Translations under genes and position numbers: made by a program
Shown here: positions 1-9,267 of the stretch, in pieces
Layout of the letters: the number at the start of each line of letters is the position of its first letter
Position numbering within the stretch: position 1 is the stretch's first letter
DNA from: Deltaproteobacteria bacterium
GTDB taxonomy: Bacteria > Myxococcota > JACRCW01
DNA length: 64,000 bases
Assembly (NCBI GenBank): GCA_016218805.1
Contig: JACRCW010000008.1
Coordinates: 1 to 64,000 of the forward strand
Direction of reading: 5' to 3'
Notes under the pieces: model-generated
The model's database searches: none
Seen by the model: the letters and a program-made list of their open reading frames with translations, nothing else
What the model was told of the DNA's origin: nothing

Positions 1-520
1 CCCGCGCGTCACCCGTCAAGGTTCGATCTAGACGAACACTGGTCTCCTCATCGGCTGGCCGGGGCAGCTCGGATTCCCACCCCACGGGCGTACTTGAGAC
101 GCGGCCGCGCCCCCGCCCGGGTACTGACGTGGCCCGGCACGCTGATGCGCCAAAGCAAGCGGTACGCCACTGTTCGGTGCAGGTTTCACAGCGGTTGCCC
201 CCGTGACCCGGTCGGTTCTCGGACAGCGGTGTCCGGAACCCGGTCACCCGTCCGCGGAGTGCCAACGCGCGCCAGGGGAGTGCCGGCCGGATTGTGGTCC
301 CCACCGGGGCTGCACCCGTCCTCATCCTCCGCGGTGCCGCGCTACGCCAGGCCCACAGCCCGGGCGGTGGCGCCCGCCTGGAAGCGGGCGTGACCGCCGG
401 ACCCCGGCTCGGTGCCCCATGGCTCCCTCCGTCTCGCCGCCTCGCCAGCGCGGCTCCGGCTGGCCCGACGACGTGAGCGGGTTGCCAAGCCGCGCGGGCG
501 TGCCGTAAGCGTGCGCGCGC

Positions 521-1276
521 ATGGCAACGGAGGCGGGCACCGGGCAGGGGGCAGGCGGCGGCGTGGACACGCCGGAACTGTCCATTGTCATCCCGGTCTA
601 CAACGAAGAGACCATCCTGGAGCAGGCCGTGACGACGCTGGTGGAGCGCGTCCGGGTGCTGGGCCGCAGCTTTGAGCTGGTGTTGGCGGCCAATGGCTGC
701 CGGGACCGGACCGTCCCGCTGGGGCATTCGCTGGCGGCCCGCTTCCCGGAGGTGCGCGTGCTGGAGTGCCCCACGCCCAACTACGGGGCGGCGCTGAAGC
801 TGGGGATGCTGCAGGCGCGCGGTGACATTGTCCTGTGTGACGAGATTGACCTGTGTGACGTGGACTTCTACCGCCGCGCGCTGGACCTGCTGGACGAAGG
901 GCGCGCGGACCTGGTGGTGGGGAGCAAGGCCATGGCGGGCTCCAATGACCGCCGGCCCGCGCTCCGCCGCGCCGGGACGCGCGTCATCAACGGCATGCTG
1001 CGCGCCAGCCTGGGCTTCCGCGGCACGGACACGCACGGCCTCAAAGCGTTCCGGCGCGCGCCGCTGTTGCCCGTCATTCACGCGTGCGTGGTGGATAAGG
1101 ACCTGTTTGCCAGCGAGTTGGTCATCCGCGCACAACGCGCCGGGGTGGCGTGCCTGGAAATCCCGGTGAGCCTGGAGGAGCAGCGCAAGCCGTCCATCCA
1201 CCTGGTGCGCCGCGTGCCCAACGTGCTCAGGAACATGGCGCGGCTGGTGTGGGTCATCCGGCTCGGCGCACCCTGA
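521..1276 (+). CDS. Glycosyltransferase family 2 (DPM/DPG-synthase-like)
   Basis: LSIVIPVYNEE N-terminal GT2 motif, GxGAAL-like NYGAAL, DEID (DxD-like), DLVVGSK and DTHGLKAFRR motifs. Confidence 0.9.
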   Translation: MATEAGTGQGAGGGVDTPELSIVIPVYNEETILEQAVTTLVERVRVLGRSFELVLAANGCRDRTVPLGHSLAARFPEVRVLECPTPNYGAALKLGMLQARGDIVLCDEIDLCDVDFYRRALDLLDEGRADLVVGSKAMAGSNDRRPALRRAGTRVINGMLRASLGFRGTDTHGLKAFRRAPLLPVIHACVVDKDLFASELVIRAQRAGVACLEIPVSLEEQRKPSIHLVRRVPNVLRNMARLVWVIRLGAP

Positions 1277-1288
1277 GGAGTCCACGCC

Positions 1289-2401
1289 ATGGCAGTGCTC
1301 ATCCGTCGCGGCCAGGTGGTGTGCTACCGGACGTATGACGCGGCGGAGGAGTTTGACCTGGCGCGCGCCGCCACGGCGCTGATGGAACAGGTGGTCACGC
1401 GCGCGTCATTCCGGCGCGTGAAGCCCGCGCACCTGCAGGTTGCGGACCCGCCGTTGCAGGTGCGCATGGGCACCACCACCGTGCGCGCGGGCAGCATCAC
1501 GCTGGGCGGTGACGTGGTGGTGCGCGTGTTTGCCACGGGCGTGGCCTCCGTGGGGCTGTGGCTGGACCTGCCGGCGGACACGCCGCTGGAGGACCTCAAG
1601 GAGATTGTGGCGGGGCTGCAGGACAACACCGCCGTGGATGACCTGGCCTCATCCATGGTGCAGCGGCTGGTGCGCACGCTGGGCAGGGCGGCCCACCAAC
1701 CGCGCCCGGGCCTGGGCGTGGTGGAGGACTACGTGGTGGTCCTGGCGCGCGAGTTGGGGCCCGGAAGCACCCCGGCGGACCTTCGCCAGGACCCCGCGCT
1801 GGCCGCGGTGCTGCTGGGTGAACCGCCGGATGCGCCGGACCTCAGCACGGAGCGGGTGCGCCAGATGATGGCGCGCGCACTGAGCTATTACGACGACGAC
1901 CTGGTGCTCATTGAGTGGTCCGCGGCGTTTGTGCTGGACCCGCGCGGCGGCGAGGACGTGGCGGACATCCTGGAGTTCACCACGCAGCAGCTGGTGGAGT
2001 TCCGTTTCTATGACGCGTTCCTGGATGAAGAACTGGGGCGCGTTTATGACGAGGTGGAGCAGCGCGCCCGCCGCCGGCTGTGGTCCCTGCTGGCCGGCCG
2101 GCTCAACGCGCTGGCCACTGACCTGATGCTGCTGCGCGTGGAGCTCACCGAGGTCACCGAGAAGATTGACAACAGCCTCAAGCTGGCCGGTGAGCCGTTC
2201 CTGGCGCGTGTGTACCTGGTGGCGGTGGAGCGCTTCCGCATCACGCACTGGCGCGTGAGTGTGGAGGAGAAGATCAAGCTGGTGGATGAGATGGTCACGC
2301 TGGTCCGCGGCGAGGTGCACAGCGGGCGCTCACTCAGCCTGGAGATGGCGGTGGTGCTGTTGATCCTGGTTGAGATTGTGATGGGCCTGCTGCGGCATTG
2401 A
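1289..2401 (+). CDS. RMD1/DUF155-like membrane-anchored protein
   Basis: GAGGAG RBS; VRVFATGVAS motif, coiled-coil region and C-terminal LEMAVVLLILVEIV helix typical of DUF155-like proteins. Confidence 0.6.
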   Translation: MAVLIRRGQVVCYRTYDAAEEFDLARAATALMEQVVTRASFRRVKPAHLQVADPPLQVRMGTTTVRAGSITLGGDVVVRVFATGVASVGLWLDLPADTPLEDLKEIVAGLQDNTAVDDLASSMVQRLVRTLGRAAHQPRPGLGVVEDYVVVLARELGPGSTPADLRQDPALAAVLLGEPPDAPDLSTERVRQMMARALSYYDDDLVLIEWSAAFVLDPRGGEDVADILEFTTQQLVEFRFYDAFLDEELGRVYDEVEQRARRRLWSLLAGRLNALATDLMLLRVELTEVTEKIDNSLKLAGEPFLARVYLVAVERFRITHWRVSVEEKIKLVDEMVTLVRGEVHSGRSLSLEMAVVLLILVEIVMGLLRH

Positions 2402-2418
2402 CCGCGCCGCCCGTGCGT

Positions 2419-3117
2419 TCAGGGCGCGTAGTCGTATTCCACGGCGCAGCCCCACAGCCTCATGCCCAGGGAATCCCCACCCAGGAACTCCAGTTCAATC
2501 AGGTAGCGGAAGTAATCCGTCCCGATCATGTTGCGCATGGCGGTGGAGCCATTGCGCCCCACAAAGCTGGTGGTGGAGGTGAGCATGGGCGTGGGGGCGA
2601 TGAATACGGCGCTCATGTCCAGAGACGCCATGGCCACCGATCCCTGCGACGGGCTGACGCTCCACAACGTGGCCCGCACCAGGTCCCCGGAAAAGGCGAC
2701 GCCGGGCCCCGTGAAGTAGCAGCTGAAGCGTGTGGGGACGCCGCCGTCCACCGGGTGGATGGCCGCGCCAATCTTGCTGTTGGGGGTGTCCACGCCCACC
2801 AGGTCGTACGTGCGCACCACGTTGGTGGTCCCGGACACGGTGGGCTGGAAGTCCAGCGCGCTTACCGTGTACGCGCCCGTGACCGCCCGGTGTGCGTCTT
2901 CCATGCTGCTCAGGCGCGCCCCGTGGTCACCAATGTCCGCCGCGTTGGCGTTGTTGGCCACCCGCACCGCTTCAAAGTTGGCGTTCACCTCCGCGGACCG
3001 GATGGTGGTGCCGGGGGAGAACGTGTTGGGAATGGTCACATCGCCCGCAATGGCGACGGTGGTTGCCAGGACCGCGGCCACCGCCGCAGACAGGGCCATC
3101 AAGCGAGAATGTTTCAT
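2419..3117 (-). CDS. Secreted fibre-like protein (N-terminal TIPNTFxxGTxIxSAEVNANF motif, short coiled coil, beta-rich head)
   Basis: Start reassigned to ATG 3117 with GGAGG RBS; Sec signal MKHSRLMALSAAVAAVLATTVAIA. Confidence 0.65.
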   Translation of the reverse strand: MKHSRLMALSAAVAAVLATTVAIAGDVTIPNTFSPGTTIRSAEVNANFEAVRVANNANAADIGDHGARLSSMEDAHRAVTGAYTVSALDFQPTVSGTTNVVRTYDLVGVDTPNSKIGAAIHPVDGGVPTRFSCYFTGPGVAFSGDLVRATLWSVSPSQGSVAMASLDMSAVFIAPTPMLTSTTSFVGRNGSTAMRNMIGTDYFRYLIELEFLGGDSLGMRLWGCAVEYDYAP

Positions 3118-3137
3118 GGGAAGCCTCCGTTTGGATG

Positions 3138-3713
3138 TCACTGCCAGGTGCCGGTGTCCCAGGCCGCCGTGTCCCAGACGTTGGGAATGGCGGCACTGGA
3201 GGATGAGTTCTGGGTGCTGCTGGATGGTGCGGCCGCCGCCGATGACGGCGCCGGAACGCTGGATGAGGGGACGGCCGAGGACGACAACACGGCTGCCGAA
3301 GAGGAACCGGCCGCCAACGACGAGGAGTCCGCCGCCAACGACGAGGAATCCGCCGCCAGCGACGTGGCCGCGGCGGTGGAAGATGAACCCGCGCTGGACG
3401 ATGCGGGGGTGAGCGACGTCGCGGCGGACGTGCTGGTGACGGCGGCGCTGCTGGAGGGCGCCGAACTCGATGCGGGCGCGAGTGATGTCGCGGCCGACGT
3501 GCTGGTGACGGCGGCGCTGCTGGAGCGCGCCGCACTGCTGCTCCCCACCATGCCCGACGAGCCGCCGCCGGTGCGGGACACGCACGCGCCCGAGTCGCAC
3601 ACCTCAGACGACGCGCAGTCCGCGTTGGAATTGCACGCCTCTCCCGTGGTTCGTTGCGGGCAGGCGCCCGCAAGGGCCGCCACCAAGACCACCTTCCAAG
3701 CTGAATGCTTCAC
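3138..3713 (-). CDS. Lipoprotein with Cys knot, Ser/Ala-rich linker and Trp-rich C-terminus (WDTAAWDTGTWQ)
   Basis: GTG start with GGAGG RBS; lipobox-like LAGAC; CxxxxDCxxxxxCxxGxC; poly-Ser repeats. Confidence 0.7.
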   Translation of the reverse strand: MKHSAWKVVLVAALAGACPQRTTGEACNSNADCASSEVCDSGACVSRTGGGSSGMVGSSSAARSSSAAVTSTSAATSLAPASSSAPSSSAAVTSTSAATSLTPASSSAGSSSTAAATSLAADSSSLAADSSSLAAGSSSAAVLSSSAVPSSSVPAPSSAAAAPSSSTQNSSSSAAIPNVWDTAAWDTGTWQ

Positions 3714-3923
3714 CAGCGCCTCCCGGGCCGGGGGTCGCCGCGGCGCGCCTCGCGGCGCGTGCACCCGACCCCATGTGCGAAGGAGGCCACCCTACGGGCG
3801 TGCCTGGACTGCGTCCAGAAAACATTCCGCCACGGAAGAAGATCCGCGAATCCTCGACGACGAACATGCGCTGGCGGATCGCGGGATCACCCGCGGTGCT
3901 TGCAGGTTGCCCCCACAGACCGG

Positions 3924-4643
3924 TCACCGCGCGGAAGTCGTCTCGGTCAGCCAGCGCGCCAGTCGCGTAAGAACGCCAAACGGGATTTCGTGCCCGCCCA
4001 TGAACGGTTGGAAGGACACGTCCATCCCCGCACCCGTCAGCTCGTCCCGCAGGACTTCCGCCATCTCATAGGGCAGCAGCGGGTCCATGCGGCCGTGGCT
4101 CTGGAACACGCGCAGGCCGCGGCGGGCGGGCATCCCCGGGCGCCACGCGCGGGCGGCCACCAGCGTCCCGGACAGGAGCACCAGTCCGGCAAGTGCGCGC
4201 TGCGTGCGGAACGCCAGCTCGCAGCTGAGCATGGCCCCCTGCGAAAACCCGCCCAGGACGATCCGCTCCGCGGGCACCGCCAACTCCCGCTCCACGTCAT
4301 CCAGCAGGACGGTGGCCAAGCTGCGTGCGTGGTCCAGCCCCTCCGGCATTTCATCCGCGCGGCTGCGCGTGCGCCCCGCCGCCAGGTCACGCTGCAGCGC
4401 GTCCACGTCAATGGGCCACCACGCCCGGCCGCCCGCGAACTCGTGGCCCAGTGCCAGCGGCGCGGCCGGGAACACAAACCGCACCTCGGCGGGGACCTCC
4501 AGCATGCGCCACAGGCTCACCAGGTCGTCACCCGGCGCACCAAACCCGTGCAGCAGCACCACCACCGGACCGCTGCCGCCACCCTCGCGGTCCGTCCCAC
4601 CCGTGATGACGACATCCAACCCGCCCCAGCGTTCGCGCCGCAT
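3924..4643 (-). CDS. Phospholipase/carboxylesterase (alpha/beta hydrolase)
   Basis: LLHGFGA, GGFSQGA nucleophile elbow, HGRMDPLLP, GGHEI catalytic His. Confidence 0.9.
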   Translation of the reverse strand: MRRERWGGLDVVITGGTDREGGGSGPVVVLLHGFGAPGDDLVSLWRMLEVPAEVRFVFPAAPLALGHEFAGGRAWWPIDVDALQRDLAAGRTRSRADEMPEGLDHARSLATVLLDDVERELAVPAERIVLGGFSQGAMLSCELAFRTQRALAGLVLLSGTLVAARAWRPGMPARRGLRVFQSHGRMDPLLPYEMAEVLRDELTGAGMDVSFQPFMGGHEIPFGVLTRLARWLTETTSAR

Positions 4644-4644
4644 G

Positions 4645-6051
4645 TCAGTACGCGTTGCGGGACAGAAACCCGCCCAGCGCCGTGCGCACCAGGATCTTGA
4701 AGTCCAGCCAGATGGACCAGTGCTCGATGTAATACAGGTCGCGTTCGATGCGTTTCTCCAGGCTGGTGTTGCCGCGCCAGCCCTCCACCTGCGCCAGCCC
4801 CGTGATGCCCGCCTTCATCTTGTGCCGCAGGTTGTAGCGCGGGATGCGGTGCTTGAACTCCTGGATGAACACGGGACGTTCGGGCCGCGGGCCCACCAGG
4901 CTCATCTCGCCGCGCAGCACGTTGAGGAACTGCGGCAGTTCATCCAGTGAGTACTTGCGCATGAGCGCACCAAACGCGAACGCGCGGTTCTCATCCGCCT
5001 TGGCCCACACCGCGCCCGTCCCGGCCTCCGCGTTCACCGGCATGGAGCGGAACTTCAGGATGTGGAACACGCGGCCGTCCAGGCCCATGCGCTCCTGGCG
5101 GTACAGGATGGGGCCGGGGGAGGACACCCGCACAATCAGCGCGCAGGCCAGCATCACCGGTGCGGCCAGCAGCAGGATGAGGGAGCCGAACAGCAGGTCA
5201 AACCCGCGCTTGAGCAGCGCATCCACGCCGATGAGCGGACTGGATGTCAGGTGCACAATGGGCAGCCCGTCCACGTCTTCCACGCCGCCGCGCAGCGTGA
5301 TGAGGTCCATCACGTCCGGCACCACGCGCACGTCCACAATCTCGATCTTCAGCAGCTCCAGGACGTCCTCCTGGCGCGCATGTTCCTCGGCGGGCATGGC
5401 CAGGTAGACCTGGTCCGCCGCGCCCCGCGCCAGTGCCGCCGGGAGGTCTTCATACACGCCGGTGACCTTCCGGCCGCCCACGTCCGTCCCCACGGACTCT
5501 GCCTTTCCGCCGAGCACCTCCACCACCTCAATGCCCAGCTCCGGGTGCGCCTCCAGCCGCCCCAGCAGTGCCGCCGCGGTCTCGCCGGTGCCCAACACCA
5601 CCGCGCGGCGGCGGTTGAACCCACGCGCGCGCAGCCGCGCCAGCACCCGCCGCGCCAGCGCCCGCGTCAGGGACAGCATCACAAAGGACAGCCCGCCAAA
5701 CGCCAGGATGACGCCGCGGGAGTAGCGCTCCGCACCGGAGAAGTACTGCGTGAAGACCAGCAGCAGCAGGGCGAGCAGCGTGGCCTTGGCCAGTTGGAAC
5801 ACCTCCGCGGTGGCGGTCTCCACGCGGCGCACGCCGTACAGTCCCTGATTGACAAAGCACACCGTCCACAGCGGCACCGCCATGGCAAACAGCGTCAGGC
5901 TGTCCTGAAACGGTGACGGGCCAAACGGCGCCGGAAACAGCTGCGGCAGGAAGAAGCGCAACGCGTACGCCGCCAGGAAGCTTGACGCCAGCACGCCCAT
6001 GTCAAACAGCCACAGGAGGACCGCGAACAGGTGCGCATACTTCTTGAGCAC
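4645..6051 (-). CDS. Undecaprenyl-phosphate glucose phosphotransferase (WcaJ/WbaP-like)
   Basis: N-terminal TM helices, CoA-binding-like domain, KRxFD, KFRSM, SLDELPQFxNVLRGEMSLVGPRPERP, GITGLAQV, DLYYIEHWS. Confidence 0.95.
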   Translation of the reverse strand: MLKKYAHLFAVLLWLFDMGVLASSFLAAYALRFFLPQLFPAPFGPSPFQDSLTLFAMAVPLWTVCFVNQGLYGVRRVETATAEVFQLAKATLLALLLLVFTQYFSGAERYSRGVILAFGGLSFVMLSLTRALARRVLARLRARGFNRRRAVVLGTGETAAALLGRLEAHPELGIEVVEVLGGKAESVGTDVGGRKVTGVYEDLPAALARGAADQVYLAMPAEEHARQEDVLELLKIEIVDVRVVPDVMDLITLRGGVEDVDGLPIVHLTSSPLIGVDALLKRGFDLLFGSLILLLAAPVMLACALIVRVSSPGPILYRQERMGLDGRVFHILKFRSMPVNAEAGTGAVWAKADENRAFAFGALMRKYSLDELPQFLNVLRGEMSLVGPRPERPVFIQEFKHRIPRYNLRHKMKAGITGLAQVEGWRGNTSLEKRIERDLYYIEHWSIWLDFKILVRTALGGFLSRNAY

Positions 6052-6130
6052 GGGTTGCTCCTCGACGAGGGGGCCCGGCTACCAGAACGCCAACGGCCCT
6101 TCAACCCGTGGGTTGCGACGCCGGATGGTG

Positions 6131-6349
6131 GTGGCTCCGAGCCATGCCGCGAGAGCAAGCCAGTCCCCAACCGTGGCTCCGAGCCATCCCGCGAGAGTAA
6201 ACCAGTCCCCAACCGTGGCTCCGAGCCATCCCGCGAGAGTGAACCAGTCCCCAACCGTGGCTCCGAGCCATCCCGCGAGAGTGAACCCAGTCTCAAACGG
6301 TGGCTCCGAGCCTTCCCACGACACGGGTCCAGTCGCGAACCCTGGCTCC
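6131..6349. repeat. Intergenic 42-43 bp tandem repeat, about 5 copies (GTGGCTCCGAGCCATCCCGCGAGAGTGAACCAGTCCCCAACC)
   Basis: Units start at 6131, 6173, 6215, 6257, 6300, with a partial unit at about 6342; the outer copies are degenerate. Confidence 0.9.
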
Positions 6350-6464
6350 CTGTCATGGAAGGTGTGATACCGGCCGCGGAGGTCTCGGGAGCCGGGGTCA
6401 TGATTGTGACGTCCCGGCATTTTTAGGCATTGTCGCGAGCCCCACTTTCCGGCAGGTTCCCGCC

Positions 6465-8120
6465 ATGCCCCTCTCCAGAGTCCGTCCCGCAGTGTTCCGC
6501 ATGTGGGTTGCCTGCGCGGTGGGCGTTGCGGGCGGCTGCCTGCCGGTTCCCGCCTCGCCCTGTGAGTCAGACCAGGACTGCGCAAGCGGCTATGTCTGCG
6601 CGGGCGACAGTTCCACATGCATCGCCGGGGCGGCCGGTGGTTCGTCCGGCGCGGTCCTGTCATCCGGCCAGGGTTCCTCCAGCGGTGGCGTGGTCTCATA
6701 CTCCGCGGGGAATTCCGCCGCCGGAGGGAGCAGTTCCCTGGCAGCATCCGCCGCGCCCCCGTCGTCCGCCGCGCCCCCGTCCAGCAGCGCGGCACCGCCG
6801 TCCAGCAGCACCGCGGGCAGCAGTGCCACCGCCAGCAGCAGCAGCGGACCGGCCAGCAGCTCAGGCAACGGGGCGGTGGTTGACCTGGGGACCAACTCGG
6901 GGACGTCCGCGGTGGTGGCGGTGACCGTGGCGCAGCCGGTGCCTGCGGGTGAGCTGGTGATTGTGGTCCTGGGCGGCGGCCGTGATGCGGACGAGGCCAC
7001 TGTCACCGACACGGCAGGCAGCGAGTACCTGGCCGCCGCGGTTTCCAACAGCGCGAACAACTGGAACGCATTGGCCGCCATCCGCTACGCCCTGCTGCCC
7101 GCGCCGCTGGACGCCGGGGACACCGTGACGGCGACGTTCAACGCGTCCTCCCCCCGCAACGTGGTGTGGGTGCTGCACGCGCGGGATGTGCAGGTGCTGG
7201 ACCAGCAGGCGGCGTCAGACCGGGACAGTTCGCCGTCCGTGACGGCGCAGGGGAGCGTCACCAGCGCCACCGGCCTGGTCATTGCCGCCACGCTCACCGC
7301 GTCCTCCACGCTGGAGACCTTCAGCGCGCCCGCGGCCTACATGGCGGGACCGGTTTGGAGTTCCTACCGGTCCAGCGGGATCTTCGCGTGGCAGGACTCC
7401 ACCACGTTGACGGGCCGGCCTGTGTTTGCCCCGCCGGTGGTGCAGCGGGACCTCCAGTACCTGTCCGCCATTGCCGTGTTCAAAGCTGGCACGCCACGGA
7501 CGCCCGCGGCGCTGGCGCTGTCCCACACAGACAACTCGCGCAACCTCTCCGTGAGCTGGTCCGGCGGCGAAGGAACGGGCGGCGTGGGTGGTGCCACCGT
7601 GGAGTACCGGGACCCCACCAACGGGAACTGGGACGTGGTGGCCAACGTCAACGCGGACGTTTCAGCCAGCGGCCAGTCCCTGCAGCTCCCAGGTGACGGG
7701 TGGGTCAATAACTGGAACGGCCCCGTGGAGATGCGACTGGTGCGGCGCTGGGACGGCACGGTGCTGGGCGTTTTTCCGCAGTCATTGGAATGCACCACCG
7801 CGGCTGCGTCCACCACGCCCACCGGTTCCACGGATGAGGACTGCGACGGGAACTGGGACAACGTCAGCTGCACCGCGTATGCGTGGACCAGCTCCACCGT
7901 CTACCAGCCACCGGCGTCTGCGTGCGTCAACGTCAACCCGGCGGCAACCATCCCGTGCGACGGGGCTCATGACGGCGACACGCGGTACACGGCCACCACG
8001 CAGACCACCAGTGGTCCGGACGCGGTGTCGTCCTACGGGTCCCAGAGCCAGACCTGCACGGGTGCCGCGGACGGCGCGGTGCGCTGGACCTGCACGGGCA
8101 GCGGGTGCACCCACCAGTGA
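6465..8120 (+). CDS. Lipoprotein: Cys knot, Ser-rich linker, beta-rich domains, Cys-rich C-terminus
   Basis: Lipobox VAGGC, CESDQDC...C motif, poly-Ser linker; start may be 6465 or 6501. Confidence 0.7.
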   Translation: MPLSRVRPAVFRMWVACAVGVAGGCLPVPASPCESDQDCASGYVCAGDSSTCIAGAAGGSSGAVLSSGQGSSSGGVVSYSAGNSAAGGSSSLAASAAPPSSAAPPSSSAAPPSSSTAGSSATASSSSGPASSSGNGAVVDLGTNSGTSAVVAVTVAQPVPAGELVIVVLGGGRDADEATVTDTAGSEYLAAAVSNSANNWNALAAIRYALLPAPLDAGDTVTATFNASSPRNVVWVLHARDVQVLDQQAASDRDSSPSVTAQGSVTSATGLVIAATLTASSTLETFSAPAAYMAGPVWSSYRSSGIFAWQDSTTLTGRPVFAPPVVQRDLQYLSAIAVFKAGTPRTPAALALSHTDNSRNLSVSWSGGEGTGGVGGATVEYRDPTNGNWDVVANVNADVSASGQSLQLPGDGWVNNWNGPVEMRLVRRWDGTVLGVFPQSLECTTAAASTTPTGSTDEDCDGNWDNVSCTAYAWTSSTVYQPPASACVNVNPAATIPCDGAHDGDTRYTATTQTTSGPDAVSSYGSQSQTCTGAADGAVRWTCTGSGCTHQ

Positions 8121-8209
8121 CGGGCGGGCCTCAGTACACGTCCCCAGAGAGAGCTGTCTGCGGCGCGGCGGAGGAAGCCATTGCGTCTGAACGGCCCTGC
8201 ATCTCAACC

Positions 8210-8241
8210 GGGCGGGGGACGAGCCGGACGAGCCCCCGCCC
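8210..8241. terminator. GC-rich stem-loop between convergent genes
   Basis: GGGCGGGGG-N14-CCCCCGCCC, 9-bp perfect stem; no poly-U tail. Confidence 0.4.
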
Positions 8242-8373
8242 TACGACGAACCGCGCGAGACCCGCGGAAACCGTCAGGGTGACCCGCGGACCCTTCTGCG
8301 GCAACCATCCACGGCGCCTTGGCAGCGGCGAAGGAGTCCGCTCACAAGGTCACTGTTTCCCGGGAAGCGGTAC

Positions 8374-9213
8374 TCAGGGGCGCGGCCACCGGACAATGCA
8401 GGTGTACGGGCCCACGGAGAACTTGTGGCCCGCCTCCAGGTCCACTTCGCGGATGGCCTGGCCGTCCACCAGGACCTTGGGGCCCAGCAGGCCGGTGGAC
8501 ACGCGCCGCAGGGCCACGCGGTTGCCCACCACGGACACGCTGGCCACAAAGCGCGGGACCGTCAGCCCCGTGAGCTTCACGTCACAGCTGGGGTCCCGCC
8601 CAAACTGGATGGGCGCGGAGCCCAGCGGGAGCACGCGCGGGGACTGGGCGCCCTCCTCAAACACCTCCAGCACCCGGCCCGAAGCAGGCGGCGAGCTGGG
8701 CAACTCGCGGGACAGGTGGTGGGCTGGCACGCCGCCGGCCAGGGCCAGGGCCGCGTCCAGCTTCACGCGGGGGTCACTGGGGGGCGGTTCCCGCGCAGCG
8801 GTGATGGACTTGGGGACCTGGAAGCCGGGCAGCGTGGTGACGTGGGTGAACGTCTCGCCAAACTCCGGCCGGTCCGTGGGCAGCACCTTGGGGCGGGCGG
8901 AGAAGCCGGGGAGGTCCTCAAACACCAGGTGGAACCGCTCAATGCAGATGACGTCGCCGCTGGCAATGTCCTCCACGATGACCCGCTGCGGCGGCGGCAT
9001 GCCCTTGCGCTGCACGTACAGGCCGTTGGGTGCGCCCAGGTCGGACAGGCGCCACCCCTCGGGGCGGCGGGCCAGGCGGGCGTGGCGGCGGCTGACGCTC
9101 TCATTCTCCAGCACAATGTCCGCCGGCGGCTGGCGCCCAATGAGGACCTCGTCCTGGTCAAACTCAAACTGTCTGGGCGGGTCCGTGTCGTGATTGACCG
9201 TCAAGCGAATCAT
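8374..9213 (-). CDS. Double FHA-domain protein
   Basis: IGR...D..L...SVSRRHARL...DLGAPNG (FHA1); FGRDPSCDVKL (FHA2, degenerate). Confidence 0.85.
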   Translation of the reverse strand: MIRLTVNHDTDPPRQFEFDQDEVLIGRQPPADIVLENESVSRRHARLARRPEGWRLSDLGAPNGLYVQRKGMPPPQRVIVEDIASGDVICIERFHLVFEDLPGFSARPKVLPTDRPEFGETFTHVTTLPGFQVPKSITAAREPPPSDPRVKLDAALALAGGVPAHHLSRELPSSPPASGRVLEVFEEGAQSPRVLPLGSAPIQFGRDPSCDVKLTGLTVPRFVASVSVVGNRVALRRVSTGLLGPKVLVDGQAIREVDLEAGHKFSVGPYTCIVRWPRP

Positions 9214-9267
9214 GCATCCCCCGGGGCGGCGGCTCCCATGGACACCGTGTTCCTACCAGAGCGCGCC

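Noticed and set aside
1..520. Possible ncRNA or small ORFs at the window start
   Set aside because: No tRNA, 6S, SRP or riboswitch consensus could be matched with confidence; the short ORFs lack coding features.
6131..6349. Possible CRISPR array
   Set aside because: Units are head-to-tail near-identical with no unique spacers, and there are no cas genes in the window.
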